DNA of 64,000 bases, taken from positions 496,001-560,000 of the forward strand of contig JANJGN010000210.1 of the NCBI GenBank assembly GCA_026770705.1, written 5' to 3'. The position numbers and the translations under genes were made by a program. Below are positions 37,381-50,029 of the stretch, piece by piece; within the stretch, counting starts at the first letter, position 1; each line of letters starts with the position of its first letter. The notes below the pieces were generated by a model. That model had not been told where the DNA came from and did no database searches. It saw nothing but the letters and a program-made list of their open reading frames with translations. Source of the DNA: Isurus oxyrinchus (lineage: Eukaryota).

Positions 37381-38474
37381 ATGTTCATAAGAACGCAACA
37401 AATAGGAGCAGAGGGAGACCATACAGCTATCTGAACCTGCTCCACCATTAAACGATCTTGCAGCTCAACTTCACTTTCTCACCCTATCCCCACATCCATT
37501 GAATTACTTAATATGCAAAAAGTAATGGATTTGTATTTGAATATACTTAAGACCAAGAGTGATAGATTCAATACATTTTCATCTGGAAAATGTAAAGAAG
37601 AAGTGTACATGAATTGCAACTGCTCCATATCATTGCTCAGCAATAATATTAACAACTTAACCTGGCCTCGTGTCACCACACTGAAATCCTGCCATTCTCA
37701 GACAGCTGTTCTTCATGTCATTATTGATGGATAAACAGCCCACTGTTTCACTGTAAGGTAACTTTGTAGGTGCTCCGTAGTGTTACAGACTAGCTCATTG
37801 GATCTGCTTATTCCATCCCATCTCATATTTAGCTAAGGCGGAAAATTAATAAAATAGTGAAACATGCAGTGATTTGTGGACAGTGGTGAGTTCGTTGCTC
37901 AGATAAGCTGAGGTCTCCATATTATAACATGCATTTAGAAGCGATGCAAGAAGTGAGCGATGGAGGCAATGCACGAAAGATTTATTGGACGAATGCTATA
38001 GCTTACAGGTAATACCTGTCAAGAAATATTGAACAGGCTGGAGATGTTAATTGTGGAAACGTGAGTGAGGAGTGACTTGATCAGGGAATTTAAATCGCAT
38101 AAGTGTTTTTACAGGTTAGACAGCTAGAAGATGTTCCCACTTGTGCAAGGACGAAAATAAATACAACTTAGTAATGAATCTAATGCGCAGTTCAAGAGAA
38201 ACTTCCTTAACCAGAGATAAAAACAGAAAATGCTGGAAATACTCAGCATATCTGGCAGTATCTGGGGAATGAGAAACAGACTCAACGTCTGTGTAATGAT
38301 GCAATGCAGTTCTAAGGAAAGGTCATAGACCTTAAATATAAACGATGTTTCCCTTTTTACAAACACAACACGTCTGCTTAGTGTTTCGATTCAACAATTT
38401 CGACTCTGGATGGCTGGATGTTTACCCAGCATTCTCAGTGGGGAAGAATGTGTCCTTTCCAGGCGAAAGGGAGC

Positions 38475-38785
38475 TTGCTGCGCAGGCGTACTATCCAGCT
38501 GGAAGTTGAGCATGCGCAATGCAGTCCCTGACTAGTCCATGCGCAGTGAGAGTTGTGCCTGGAGTTCGGCGAAGGGGACAAACAATCGAGTGCGGTTGAA
38601 TAATGGAGCCACTGGGTGGGCGGGGAGGATTCATAAACACCTGGTGGAGGCCTCAAACCCTCCACTACGAAGCTACCGATTCTGCATTTGCGCGGGACGG
38701 GACGACAGCTGTTCGCCTGCTCTGGATCACAGGCCGCCATCTTTACCAGGGGCGAGGTGCAGTATGGCGCATGCGCGGTCATCCC
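38475..38785 (+). promoter_or_regulatory. CpG-rich promoter cassette of the + strand ZNF unit
   Basis: Several GCGCATGCGC-like (NRF1) motifs, GGGCGG box, GCCGCCATCTT (YY1); homologous to 48815-49260. Confidence 0.7.
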
Positions 38786-40194
38786 TGTCAGCAGGAGGAG
38801 AGGATGTTGTGAATTCCTATCTTGAACTGACCGGGATGGATTTTGAAAGCTCCTTTTACAGGGGGTTAGAAGGGGACGATTTAGACACAGCAAACTCAAA
38901 CCAAGAGTAATGTTTGTCTCTTCTAAATTTCTATACTGGACTGACAATAAAAGTCTTTGCAAATTTATTTTACAGGGTTATTAGAAATGGAGGTTTAACA
39001 GACGGGAAACTCAAACCAAACGTCACATCCAGATGTGACAGTCACTCAATTCATCAGAACCTGAATATCATCAGCATCTGAATGTGGAGTGAAAGAGGTT
39101 TGTCTGTTCTGTCTGTAGAAAGGCACCAAGATGCAGAAACCTTGGTTAGCCCACACCTCGATAATACAAAAAAAAACTGCGAATGCTGGAAATCCAAAAC
39201 AAAAACAGAATTACCTGAAAAAACTCAGCAGGTCTGGCAGCATCGGCAGAGATAATATGTTCAGTTTTGTGCAACAAACCTAAGGAAGGATAGAATGGTC
39301 ATGAAGAGAGTGTAGCACAGATTTACCTGATTGATAACTGAACGCCATGGGTTTAATTACAAAATGAGATGGCAGGGAAGACCCACAGAGTCATTATGGC
39401 ACAGAGGCCATTTGGCCCATTGAGCCCATGCCAGCTCTCCAGAGCAATCCAGTGAGACCTATTCCTCTGCTTGACATCCCTGTATCCTTGCAAGTTTATT
39501 TCCGTCAAGTGCCTATTCTCCCTCACATCCCCCTGTATCCCTTACCCAAAAATTTAAACCTGTGCCTCCTAGTCCTTGTACAATCAACTGATGGGAATAG
39601 ATTTTCTTTGTCAATCTTATCTAAAGCTTATCTATCAATCTACCCTCCGCTCTTTGCTAGAACCATTCGGTTAAATCTCCTCTGCACCTTCTCAAGGACC
39701 TTTACATCTTTCCTGAAGTGTGGTGATCAGAACTGGACACAAATACTCGGGTTGTGGCCTAATCAGAGCCTAACAAAGATTCAGCATAACTTCCTTGCTT
39801 TTGTACTCAATAGCTCTATTTAAGAAGCCCAAGATTCCAAATACTTTGCCAACTGCTCTCTTAATCTATCCTGTCACCCTCAAAAAATCTCTGCACATAA
39901 AGGGCCAGATCCCTCTGACTCGGTACACTGTTTCGACCTGTGCCATGAGGCCGCTATTGTCTTTCTCTCTCTATCCTTCCTGTCAAATTCCATCACCTCG
40001 CTGTGAGGGTTGTAATCCCTGAAATTTAGAAGATTAACAGGTGATTTGATTCAAGTTTTCGGGATATTAATTGGAGCTGACAGGGCAGACAGAGGAACTA
40101 TTTTCACTGGTTGGGGAATCTAGGACGAGTGAGCGGAGTCCAAACATAGAATCAGGTTCCAGCACCTTTTCAGGTAGAGTTCCAGATCCTGATA

Positions 40195-40530
40195 CCTCTC
40201 TGTTGGTGCAGAAACTGCTCAACTCGATGTTGAGTTCTGAAGGTGGTAAAGTGCAGAATTGAAGAATGAGCTGCTGTTCCTCGAGCTCCCATTGAGCTTC
40301 ATTGGAACAGTTCAAGAGGCCGAGGACAGAGAGGGTCAGAGTGGGAGTGGGGCGGAGAATTAAAATGACAAGTGATGGGAAGTTCAGGGTCAACCCACAA
40401 ACTGAACAGAGGTTGTTCCACAAAGTGATCACCTAATCTGTTTTTCATCTTCCCTGTGTAGAGCAGACCAGATCGTCAGCAGTTACCACAGTAACTGAGC
40501 TGCAAGAAGTACAAGTAAATCACTGTTTGT
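40195..40530 (-). mobile_element. Penelope-like element fragment
   Basis: ORF 40067-40432 LSVLGLLNCSNEAQWELEEQQLI. Confidence 0.7.
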
Positions 40531-40649
40531 TTCATCTCAAAAACCTCAAACGTAACCTGAAGAAATATACTTCATTTGGTGATGAAAGGATACAAGGTAA
40601 AGCAAACTGACTGCCAGAATATTAAATTTCACCCAAGCCATAAAGATTG

Positions 40650-41562
40650 TTCGGGTGTAGGATTCGTAAGTTTGCGGATGACACAAAGATTGGCCAGGTG
40701 GTTAACAGTGAGGTTGAGTGTCTTGGGCGACAGGAAGATATAGACGGGATAGTCAAATGGGCAGCTAAGTGGCAGATGGAATTTAACCCTGAAAAGTGTG
40801 AGGTGATACACTTTGGAAGGAGTAATTTGATAAGAAAGTATTCAATGAATGGCATGACACCAGGAAGTTCTGAGGAACAAAGGGACCTCGGCGTGTGTGT
40901 CCATAGATCTCTGAAGGCGGAGGGGCATGTTAGTGACGTGGTGAAAAAGGCATATGGGACACTTGCCTTTATCAATCAAGGCATAGATTACAAAAGTAGG
41001 GAGGTCATGTTGGAGTTATATAGAACCTTGGTGAGGCCACAGGTGGAGTACTGTGTGCAGTTCTGGTCACCACATTATAGGAAGGATGTGATTGCACTGG
41101 AGGGGGAGCAGAGGAGATTCACCAGGATGTTGCCTGGGATGAAACATTTAAGTTATGAAGAGTGGTTGGATAGACTTGGATTGTTTTTATTGGAGCAGAG
41201 AAGATTGAGGGACGACCTGATCGAGGTATACAAGATTATGAGGGGCATGGACAGGGTGGATAGGGAGCAGCTGTTCCCCTTAGTTGAAGGGTCAATCATG
41301 AGGGGACACAAGTTCAAGGTGAGGGGCAGGAGGTTTGGGGGGGATGTGAGGAAAAGCTTTTTTACCCAGAGGGTGGTGACAGTCTGTAATGCGCTGCCTG
41401 GGAGGGTGGTGGAGGTGGGTTGCCTCACATCCTTTAAAAAGTACCTGGATGAGCACTTGGCACATCATAACATTCAAGGCTATTGGCCAAGTGCTGGTAA
41501 ATGGAATTAGGTAGGTAGGTCACGTGTTTCTCACTCATGCAGACTCGATGTGCTGAAAGGCC
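40650..41562 (+). mobile_element. Young 5'-truncated CR1 LINE
   Basis: Uninterrupted 287-aa ORF from KFADDTK to the C-terminus. Confidence 0.95.
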
Positions 41563-41569
41563 CCAAAGT

Positions 41570-42070
41570 CAACATGGTTCAGTCCTCAATGTGATTAACA
41601 GCAGCAATAACAGCAGAATCCAACCCCTGCTGTCACTTGTCAACTCCCTGGTTGGCCTGCAGGTTAGATTAATGAGTGAAGCTCTTTTCACACACGGAGC
41701 AGGTGAACAGACCCTCCCCAGTATGAACTCGCTGGTGTTTCAGCAGATCCCTTGTGCTTTTGAATCTCTTCTTGCAGTCAGAACATTTAAACAGTCTCTT
41801 GTAAGTGTGCACTCCCTGCTGTGACTGAAAGTGTGATATAAATCCTTTCCCACACTCAGTGCAGGAGAACAGCCTCTACCCTGTGTGACTGTGGCATTGA
41901 GTTTCCAGATCTGACAGATAATTGAATTGCTTTCAAGATCCCTGCATGGACACAGTTTCTTCCCAGTGTGATTGTACTTGTGTTTTAACAAAAGAGATGA
42001 TCAGTGAAGCCTTGACTATGCACAGAACACATATCTGGTTTCTCCCTGCTGTAAATGGTGCTCTTTGTGG
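41570..42070 (-). pseudogene. Decayed C2H2 zinc-finger fragment
   Basis: Minus-strand finger/linker remnants ([25 protein letters not shown]) with frameshifts. Confidence 0.75.
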
Positions 42071-42389
42071 GGCTGAAGCGAGTCACAGTCCCAGTGACCA
42101 GGAAAGAAAATAATTGACTCATTTATTTTATTCTCACTCTGCAGACAGGAGCTGGAGAACTGAACCCAGCGAGAGGATAGAGAGGGAGAAAACTGGGAGT
42201 GGAGGAAAGAAATGCTGGAGATGGTGACATGGGTTTGGATTTCAGCCCAGGGAGGAGGGAGAGTGTGTGGGGTGGGGACTTACAGCTTTGGGGGAACTAG
42301 AGAGGAAAAAATATTCCATAGAAACTAGAATTGTCTGCTCTGAATTTCTATCCTGGACTGACAGGAATGACTTTGTAAACTCCTTTTCC

Positions 42390-43500
42390 AGGGCATAAAA
42401 CAGGGAAAATTTACAGAAATGAAACTCAAATCAAACATCACGTCAAGACCTGACGGTCACTCGATTCATCAGCACCTGAATATCATCGGCCTTTGAATGC
42501 AGCAGAAGAAATTTTTGTCTGTAGGAAAAGATTTCAAACATCAGTGTGGCTGGAAAAGCACCGAGACACACACACCCAAGTGAGTGTCCCAGTGAACTGA
42601 CTGGAAAGAGCTTTAACCAGTTACAGAGCCTGAAAAAAAATCACACCATTCTCAGCGGAGAGAAAGTGTACCCCTTTTTCTGTGTGTGGACGAGACTTCA
42701 ACTGATCATTCAACCTGGAGAAGCACAAGGACACCCGCACCATGGAGAAAGCATGGAAATGTGGGGACTGTGGGAAAGGATTCAATTATCCATCCAAGCT
42801 GGAAACTCATTGACGCAGTCACACTGGGGAGAGACCGTTCCTCTGTTCTGATTGCGGGAAAGGATTCACTCAGTTATCTACCTTGTTAACACACCAGCGA
42901 GTTCACACTGGGGAGAGACCATTCACCTGCTCCGTGTGTGGGAAGGACTTTACTAAATCATCTATCCTGACTGAACACAAGCGAGTTCACACCGGGGAGA
43001 GGCCATTCAGTTGCTCTCACTGCAGGAAGAGATTTGGACGGTCATCCAATCTCACTGATCATCTCAGTGTTCACACTGGGGAGAGACCATTCACCTGCCC
43101 CGTGTGTGGGAAGGGATTCACTTGTTTAACCAACCTCACATCACACCAACTTCTTCATACTGATCAGAGACCTTTTCAATGTTCAGACTGTGATTCTGGC
43201 TTTAAAAGCACAAGGGATCTGCTGATACACCAACGCAGCCACACTGGGGAGAAGCCGTTCATCTGCTCCGAGTGTGGGAAGGGATTCACTCACGCATCCA
43301 ACCTGCTGGCACACCAGTGAGGCCACACCGGGGAGAGGCCATTCACCTGCTCCAAGGGTGGGAAGAGATTTCGTCACTCATCTGATGTTCAGAGTCATCA
43401 GCGAGTTCACATGGGGAGGATCTGTTCAGCTGCTCTGTTTGTGGGAAGGGATTCACTCACTCATCCACCCTGCTGAGATACCAGTGAGTTCACAAGTGAC
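42390..43500 (+). pseudogene. C2H2 zinc-finger pseudogene, no KRAB seen
   Basis: [32 protein letters not shown]... from 42742; tandem HTGERPF fingers; TGA at 42811 and 43318, later frameshift. Confidence 0.9.
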
Positions 43501-45077
43501 TCCAGGGGTTGGATTCTGTTGTTAATGACATCCAGGAATGAACCATGTTCATCCTGATATTTGGGCTTTGTTTCTGCTGATGTTAATAACCCCATATAAT
43601 GGTGTGAATTTAATGTTGTGACAAGTGCCAAATAAATCAGCATTATTTCAAACAAATAATGTGTTGTGCCCTTGATTTCTCTAACAGTGACCATAGTCCC
43701 ACAGCATCTCTCCCACCTTCGATGTGTGAAGAGACCATCACACCTATAAACCTGGTTTAAATTTAAATCTGAATCCACTCAGCAAATTAATTTAACAAAA
43801 GGTGAAGAGCAAACCGATCACATCAAATAATTGGCAAAAAGCCAGAGGGGAGATGAGAAAAGATGTTTTACTGAGCGAGTTGTGATTTGGAACACACTGC
43901 CTGAAAGGTGAACGCAGACTCTATAGGAGCTTTCAAAAGAGAATTGAATCTCTAGCTACAGGGCTCTGGGGAAAGGGCAGGGGAGTGGGACTAATTGGCA
44001 GCTCTTTCAAAGATGACCCGGCTCTTTATGCAGTTCTATATTGTCAAGTGACAGTCTGATGTCCAACTCCCCAAGAATAAGGAACAATCTTGGCTCTCTG
44101 AAAACCCCTTCAGCTCTTTGTAAGTGTCTTTCAAACGCTGACAGATTCTTTCTTTCTTTTGAAATTCCATTTCCATGTTAGGGGATGCAGACAGTGCTGG
44201 ACATAGAGGGAGCAGCAAACCTGGTTCAGAATGGACACGCTGGGTTCGTGTTTGGCCTGGCTTTCTGCTGAGCATGTGCTGGGGCCCCGTGGGCCTTCAC
44301 TGCTCAGGGACATTTCTGAGTACGTCATAGGCACCATTAGATATAGGAGGAGGCCATTCAGCCCCTCAAACCTGCTCCACCAGTTAGGTCAGGGTTGATT
44401 TCTATCCGAACTCCACTGACCTGCCTTTTAAGATGATGTTGTCCCCTTGTTCTCAATTCCCCCACCAGAGGAAATAGCTTCTCTACTTCGACCCGATTGG
44501 CTCATCAAGCAGATTTTGATCATTTCCCCTTAATCCAGAACAACTGTATTAGTTTATCTTTACATTCCAGGAGCAGCAGTACTCCTGGAATTGTTTATCA
44601 CAAGGAATTCACTACATCCGTGATCTGGCCCTGCTCAAACCATAACCACAAGGATATCTGTGCATTACTCTGATTGTGAGCACAAGGCTGTGTCACTATC
44701 ACACATAGATACCGTTTCCTTGGTTCACATCTCCATACAAAGACCAGCTCTTTACGCATATCCCCTTTCTACACAATTGCAGGAGACATGAGCAAGGATG
44801 TGAGGCTCATTAATATACACCCATATTTCATAACAGCAAAGGTTCCACTGGGACAAAGGTTCAGTCATTTTCCATCACAGGCACATACAGAGCAGTACAT
44901 GAGCACACTGAAAGTTTAAGAGACTTTCCTCAGCCTGCAGGCTCCTGTTAAATACAGAGCAGTACGGGAGCACATTGACAGTCTAACAGAGGCTCAACAG
45001 CCTGCAGGCTCCTCTCCAATACATTTACTGAGTGGATTTCAATTTAAACCAGGTTTTCAGATGTGATGCTCTAGTCA

Positions 45078-45600
45078 CACATTGGTCGCCACATTACCAG
45101 AAGGATATGGAGGCGTTGGAGAGGGTGCAGAGGACGTTTACCAGGATGCTGCCTGGTCTGGATGTTATTAGCTATGAGGAGGGATTGGAGAAACTCGGAT
45201 TGTTTTCACTAGAGCAACGGAGATTGAGGGATGACTTGATAGAAGTTTACAAAATTATGAGTGGCATGGACACAGTAGATAGTCAGAAGCTTTTTCCCAG
45301 GTGGAAGAGTCAATTACTAGGGGACATAGATTTAAGGTGAGAGGAGTAAACTTTAGAGGAGATGTGTGGGGCAAGTTTTTTACGCAGAGGGTAGTGAGTG
45401 TCTGGAATTCGCTGCCAGAAGAGGTGGTGGAAACAGGTACAATAGTGGTGTTTAACAGGCAGTTTGACAAATATATGAATAGGATGGGAATAGAGGGATA
45501 CGGACACCAGAAATGCAAAATGTTTTAGTTGACAGGCAATGTGATTGGCGCAGGCTTGGAGGGCCGCAGGGCCTGTTCCTGTGCTGTACTTTTCTTTGTT
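45078..45600 (+). mobile_element. CR1 LINE 3' fragment
   Basis: WSPHYQKDMEALERVQRTFTRMLPG. Confidence 0.9.
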
Positions 45601-45879
45601 CTTTGAGATGCTACGTACACACACTAAGTCCAGTAGCTGAACTAATTAACAGACTGAGTTTGGGTTTCCTGATCCAGTGCATGTTACTGATACCTTCCCT
45701 GGATCTCAAGGCTAAGACAGACACTCGGGAAGGTATGGGGAGCTGGGACTTGTCTATGAGAGTAACTGAAGGTCTGAGAACTGAAATAATCTAAAGTTAG
45801 AAAGGAGAAAAGGTTCAGTGCTGGACGTGATTCTTAGCAGCAACAACCGATTCTAACTTTGTCAGTAACATGTGAAGCC

Positions 45880-46299
45880 ACTAATGTTTCAGCAGGCTGT
45901 AAGACTGAGTAAATCGCTTCTCACACACAGAGCAGGTGAACGGTTTTTCTCCAGTGTGAACTCGCTGGTGTCTCAGCAGGCGGGATGAATCAATGAATCC
46001 TTTCCCACACTCAGAGCAGGTGAACAGCTTCTTCCCGCTGTGAGTACATTGATGCCTCAGCAGGCCGAACGAATGAGCGAATCCCTTCCCACACTCGGAA
46101 CAGAGGAACGGCTCTCCCTGGTGGGGGTGCGTTGGTGTTTCAGCAGGTCATTGCTTCTTTTAAAGCTCTTTCTGCATTCAGAACATTGAAAAGGTCTCTT
46201 ATCAGTGTGAACGCGTTGGTGTTCAGTGTGGTAGGACAACTGAGCAAATCTCTTGCTACACACACAGCAGGTGAACAGCCTGTCCTCAGTGTGAGTGCG
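45880..46299 (-). pseudogene. Lost C-terminal fingers of the minus-strand ZNF
   Basis: Fingers continue in frame after the TGA at 46302-46300 (ORF 46057-46263), then frameshift near 46115. Confidence 0.85.
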
Positions 46300-47421
46300 T
46301 CAGTGTCTCTGGAGGCTGGATGACTCAGTGAAACCCTTCCCACACACAGGGCATGTGAACCACCTCTCCCCAGTGTGAATAGTCCAGTGTCTCAGCAGGT
46401 GTTGTAAACAAGTAAATCTCTTCTTGCACACGGGGCAAAGGTACGGCCTCTCCCCAGTGTGAACATGCTCGTGTATCACAAGGTGGGACAAACGAGGGAA
46501 ACTCTTCCCACACATGGAACAGAGGAACGGCCTCTCCCCGGTGTGAACTCGCTGGTGCTTCAGCAGATAGCAGGATCGAGTGAATCCCTTCCCACACAGC
46601 GAGCAAGTGAATGGCTTCTTCTCAGTGTGCACCCACTGGTGCTTCAGCAGGTCAGCTGGCTGAACGAATCCCTTCCTACATGCGGAGGTGAACGGCCTCT
46701 CTCCAGTATGAATACTCTCGTGTGTCAAAAGGTGTGAAAATCGAGTGAATGTCTTCCCACACACAGAGCAGAGGAATGGCCTCTCCCTGGTGTGAACACG
46801 CTTGTGTGTCAGAAGGTGAATTGAATGAGTGAATGTCTTCCCACACACGGAGCAGGGGAACGGCCTCTCCCCAGTGTGAATGCACCGTTGTCTCAGCAAA
46901 TTAATGCTTCTTTTGAAGGTCTTCTCACATTCAGTACATTTAAAAGGTCTCTTTTCTGAGTGGACCAATTGGTGCTCAGTGTAGTGGAAGGACTGAGCGA
47001 ATCTCTTCCCACACTGGGAGCAGCTGAATGGCCTGTCCTTGGTGTGAACTTGCTGGTGCTCAGTGAGATGCACTGACTTGCTGAATGACTCCCCACATTG
47101 GGAGCAGCTGAACGGCCTCTCGTGTGTGTGAAGGAGCTGGTGATCCACGAGGCAGGAGGACAGCCTGAACCTCTTCCCACAGTGGGAGCAGCTGAACGGT
47201 CTCTCGTCAGTGTGAACTTGCTGGTGTTGGGCCAGTTCCTTGGAGATTTCAAAGCTTTTCTCAGAGTCAGAGTATTGAAGAGGATCCTCATAAATGTGAT
47301 CAAGCTGGTGTGCCAGCCGGTTGGATGAACACATGAATTTCTTCCCACACACTGAGCAGGTGAACGGTCTCTCGCTATTGTGAGTTCGCTGTCGTGTCAG
47401 CATGTTTACCAGCTCCATCAA
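46300..47421 (-). CDS. C2H2 multi-zinc-finger protein (~13 finger units, some degenerate), truncated by a premature stop; possibly a pseudogene
   Basis: 373-aa ORF of CxxC...HxxxH with HTGERPF linkers; acceptor tttacag near 47593. Confidence 0.8.
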   Translation of the reverse strand: MMELVNMLTRQRTHNSERPFTCSVCGKKFMCSSNRLAHQLDHIYEDPLQYSDSEKSFEISKELAQHQQVHTDERPFSCSHCGKRFRLSSCLVDHQLLHTHERPFSCSQCGESFSKSVHLTEHQQVHTKDRPFSCSQCGKRFAQSFHYTEHQLVHSEKRPFKCTECEKTFKRSINLLRQRCIHTGERPFPCSVCGKTFTHSIHLLTHKRVHTRERPFLCSVCGKTFTRFSHLLTHESIHTGERPFTSACRKGFVQPADLLKHQWVHTEKKPFTCSLCGKGFTRSCYLLKHQRVHTGERPFLCSMCGKSFPRLSHLVIHEHVHTGERPYLCPVCKKRFTCLQHLLRHWTIHTGERWFTCPVCGKGFTESSSLQRH

Positions 47422-48084
47422 TCCCTTCCTACAGGAGGAGCAGGTAAGCAGCCTCTCACCAGTTTCCAGCTGAGGCAGTCAATTAAATCCTTTCAGATGT
47501 ATGAATCTTCAGATTCCAATGAACCGATTGACCCTGTCAGACGTGAGGTTTGGTTTGCTTTATCTGACTGCAAATCCTCCTCCTCTATTATCCTGTAAAG
47601 TAAGTTACAAACAGGCCATTCAGTCTATCCAGTTTGTACTGGAGTTTCTAGTCCACACAAGTCTCCCCCATTCTGCCAATCCTATCTCAGGCTTTCAGCT
47701 CATCTTTCTAATCCCTTTTCTCCCATGTTCTCACCTAGTTTCCTTCTAAAAATATCTGTTATTTTTCTTGACCACATCCAGTAGTGCTGAGTTCCACATT
47801 TTCATAGCTGTCTGAGGAACCATATATCTCCTGTGTTCTTCTTGGATTTATTTGTGTCTATTGTGTATTCATGACCCCCAGTATTGGTTAGACCTGCAAG
47901 TGGAAACATTCTGTCCACGTCTACCTGCCCAACACAATCAGAATTTAAAGACCTAGTTGACAAACATATCTCTCGATTTGAGTTTGCTGTGTGTAAATCT
48001 TTCCCATTTAACCCCCGGAAAGGGAGTTTGCAAAATCCATCCCTGTCAGTCCAGGATGGGAATTCACCACATTCTCTCAGGTAA

Positions 48085-48800
48085 GCAAGTAGTTAGGAAA
48101 GCTAAAGAACGTTATTGTTTATTGTGAGGGAAATCGCATACAAAAGTAGGGAGGTTATGCTTCAGTTGTACGGGACACCCATGAGAGATCTTGTAGTGTA
48201 GAGTATTTGAAGAAGGATATATATGCATTAGAAGTAGTTCCGAGAAGGTTTACCAGATTAATATCAAGAATGGGCAGATTACCTTAAGAGGAAAGGTTGA
48301 ACAGGCGAGGCTTGTGTCCACTGAAGTTTAGGAGAGTAAGAGGGGACTTGATTGAAACTTTTAAGATCCCGAGGGGAGGGTCTGATGAAGGGTCATACGG
48401 ACTTGAAACATCAACTGTATCCCCCTCTACAGATGCTGTCAGAGCTGCTGAGTTTTTCCAGGTATTTTCATTTTTGTTCAAGATCTTGAGGGACCTTGAC
48501 AAGGTGGATGTGGAGAGGATGTTTCCTCTTGTGGGAGAATCTAGAATTAGGGGTCACTGATGAGGAGTTTTTTCACTCAGAGGGTTGAGAGTCTTTGGAG
48601 CTCTCTTCCTCAAAAGGCGGTGGAAGCAGTCTTTTACTTTTAAGGCAGAGCTACATAGATTCCTAACAAGCAAAGAGGGTGGAAGGTTATCGGGGGTAGG
48701 CAGGAATGTGGGGTTTAGGTTACAATCAGTTCAGCCATTATCTTATTGAATGGCGGAGCACGCTGGTGGGGACGAAAGGTCTGCTCCTCATTCACATGTT
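48085..48800 (+). mobile_element. CR1 LINE 3' fragment interrupted by a short Penelope-type module
   Basis: RVRGDLIETFKI...[insert]...KILRDLDKVDVERMFPLVG. Confidence 0.85.
48380..48420 (+). ncRNA. Minimal hammerhead ribozyme-like motif
   Basis: CTGATGA-a-GGGTC-atacg-GACTT-GAAA-CATC-aac. Confidence 0.55.
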
Positions 48801-48814
48801 CCTACAGCCAGAGA

Positions 48815-49260
48815 CGGCGCATGCGCCTTGCTACAAGTTGCCCCCTAGAAAGATGGTGACTGCGCATGCGTCCTGCTGCTCTTTGCGCCCCCCGATAAAG
48901 GTGGACCCGTTACCCCGGGTTTCAAAACCGGGGAAGGGCCCATAGATGCCGCTCGGTGTAGCCGCAGGCCGATAGCCTCTTGGTTGGCATTTCTCGCCTA
49001 CAATGGGTGTTTATGAAACCTTTCCGCCCACCCACGGCCCCTAATACCACCACAGTGTGGTCCAAAACTCACCGCCTGAAAATGCAACAAACAAGCGTCC
49101 GTCCAATGACGTCACTCGCACTGCGCATGCTCCAAATCACTGCCCGTCTGGTTGACGGCAGCTGCGGACCAATAGGAAGAGGGGGCGGGACTGTGTCGGA
49201 GACTAACCAATCGGAGTGAAAGAGGGGCGGGGCTAAGCCCAGATCTCCCTCATTGGCTGA
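48815..49260 (-). promoter_or_regulatory. CpG-rich promoter cassette of the minus-strand ZNF unit
   Basis: Three GCGCATGC motifs, TGACGTCA (CRE), several CCAAT boxes, two GGGGCGGG boxes. Confidence 0.75.
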
Positions 49261-50029
49261 AACTGCATCATTTTGGAAGCTGATTTGTCTCAAACTCCAG
49301 GAGAAAACTGCACCTTTCCGTTTGTGGCTTTAAACAGATGAAACCCTGTGGGTGTGAAGAACATTTCAACATTTTTTAGTGAACTGCGGTAACATGAGGA
49401 TAAAAGCACAATCAATTCAAGGGCTGACTTAAAGCAATAACTGGGCAGAGAGGGAATGTCACCTTCTGACCAAGGAGAGTCCCTGGTTTCAATAAATGAA
49501 CCGGCAAGACAGGTTAGGACAGGTTAGGGATAAGGGTGACTTTCAAAACAACACAGATTATAAAGAAACAACTGATCTCAAAGACAATCTCTGGCAGTGC
49601 TAACAGAAATTAACAATCAGACCGTAAGGGGTTAAAAGATATGTAAAAGCAAATTACTGAGGATGCTGGAAGTCTGAAATAAAAATATAAGTGCTGGAAA
49701 AACTCAGCAGTTCTGGCAGCATCTGTGAAAAAAGAAACAGAGTTAATGTTTTGAATCCAATATGACTCTTCTTCAGAACTGAATTAAATTATATATGTTT
49801 TCTATGTTGAATAATCAATTTAAAATCTGGAACTCGGATAGGGATGTGGATTGGTTTTCGGTGGGAAGATCTGGATTAGTACCTTACTCCAGGAAGCCTT
49901 AAAGTCAGAGTGGCAGTTTTTCAGAACTGAATCCTGTGAGAGCAGCAATCCCATTGCTATCTGTTAGTAAGACCAATGAAAGTGTTCAAAGTGGAGACAT
50001 TGGACATTTTTTTTATTCATTAATGGGAT

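Noticed and set aside
38435-38962. 175-aa and 123-aa ORFs over the ZNF promoter
   Set aside because: GC-rich promoter sequence with no recognisable domain.
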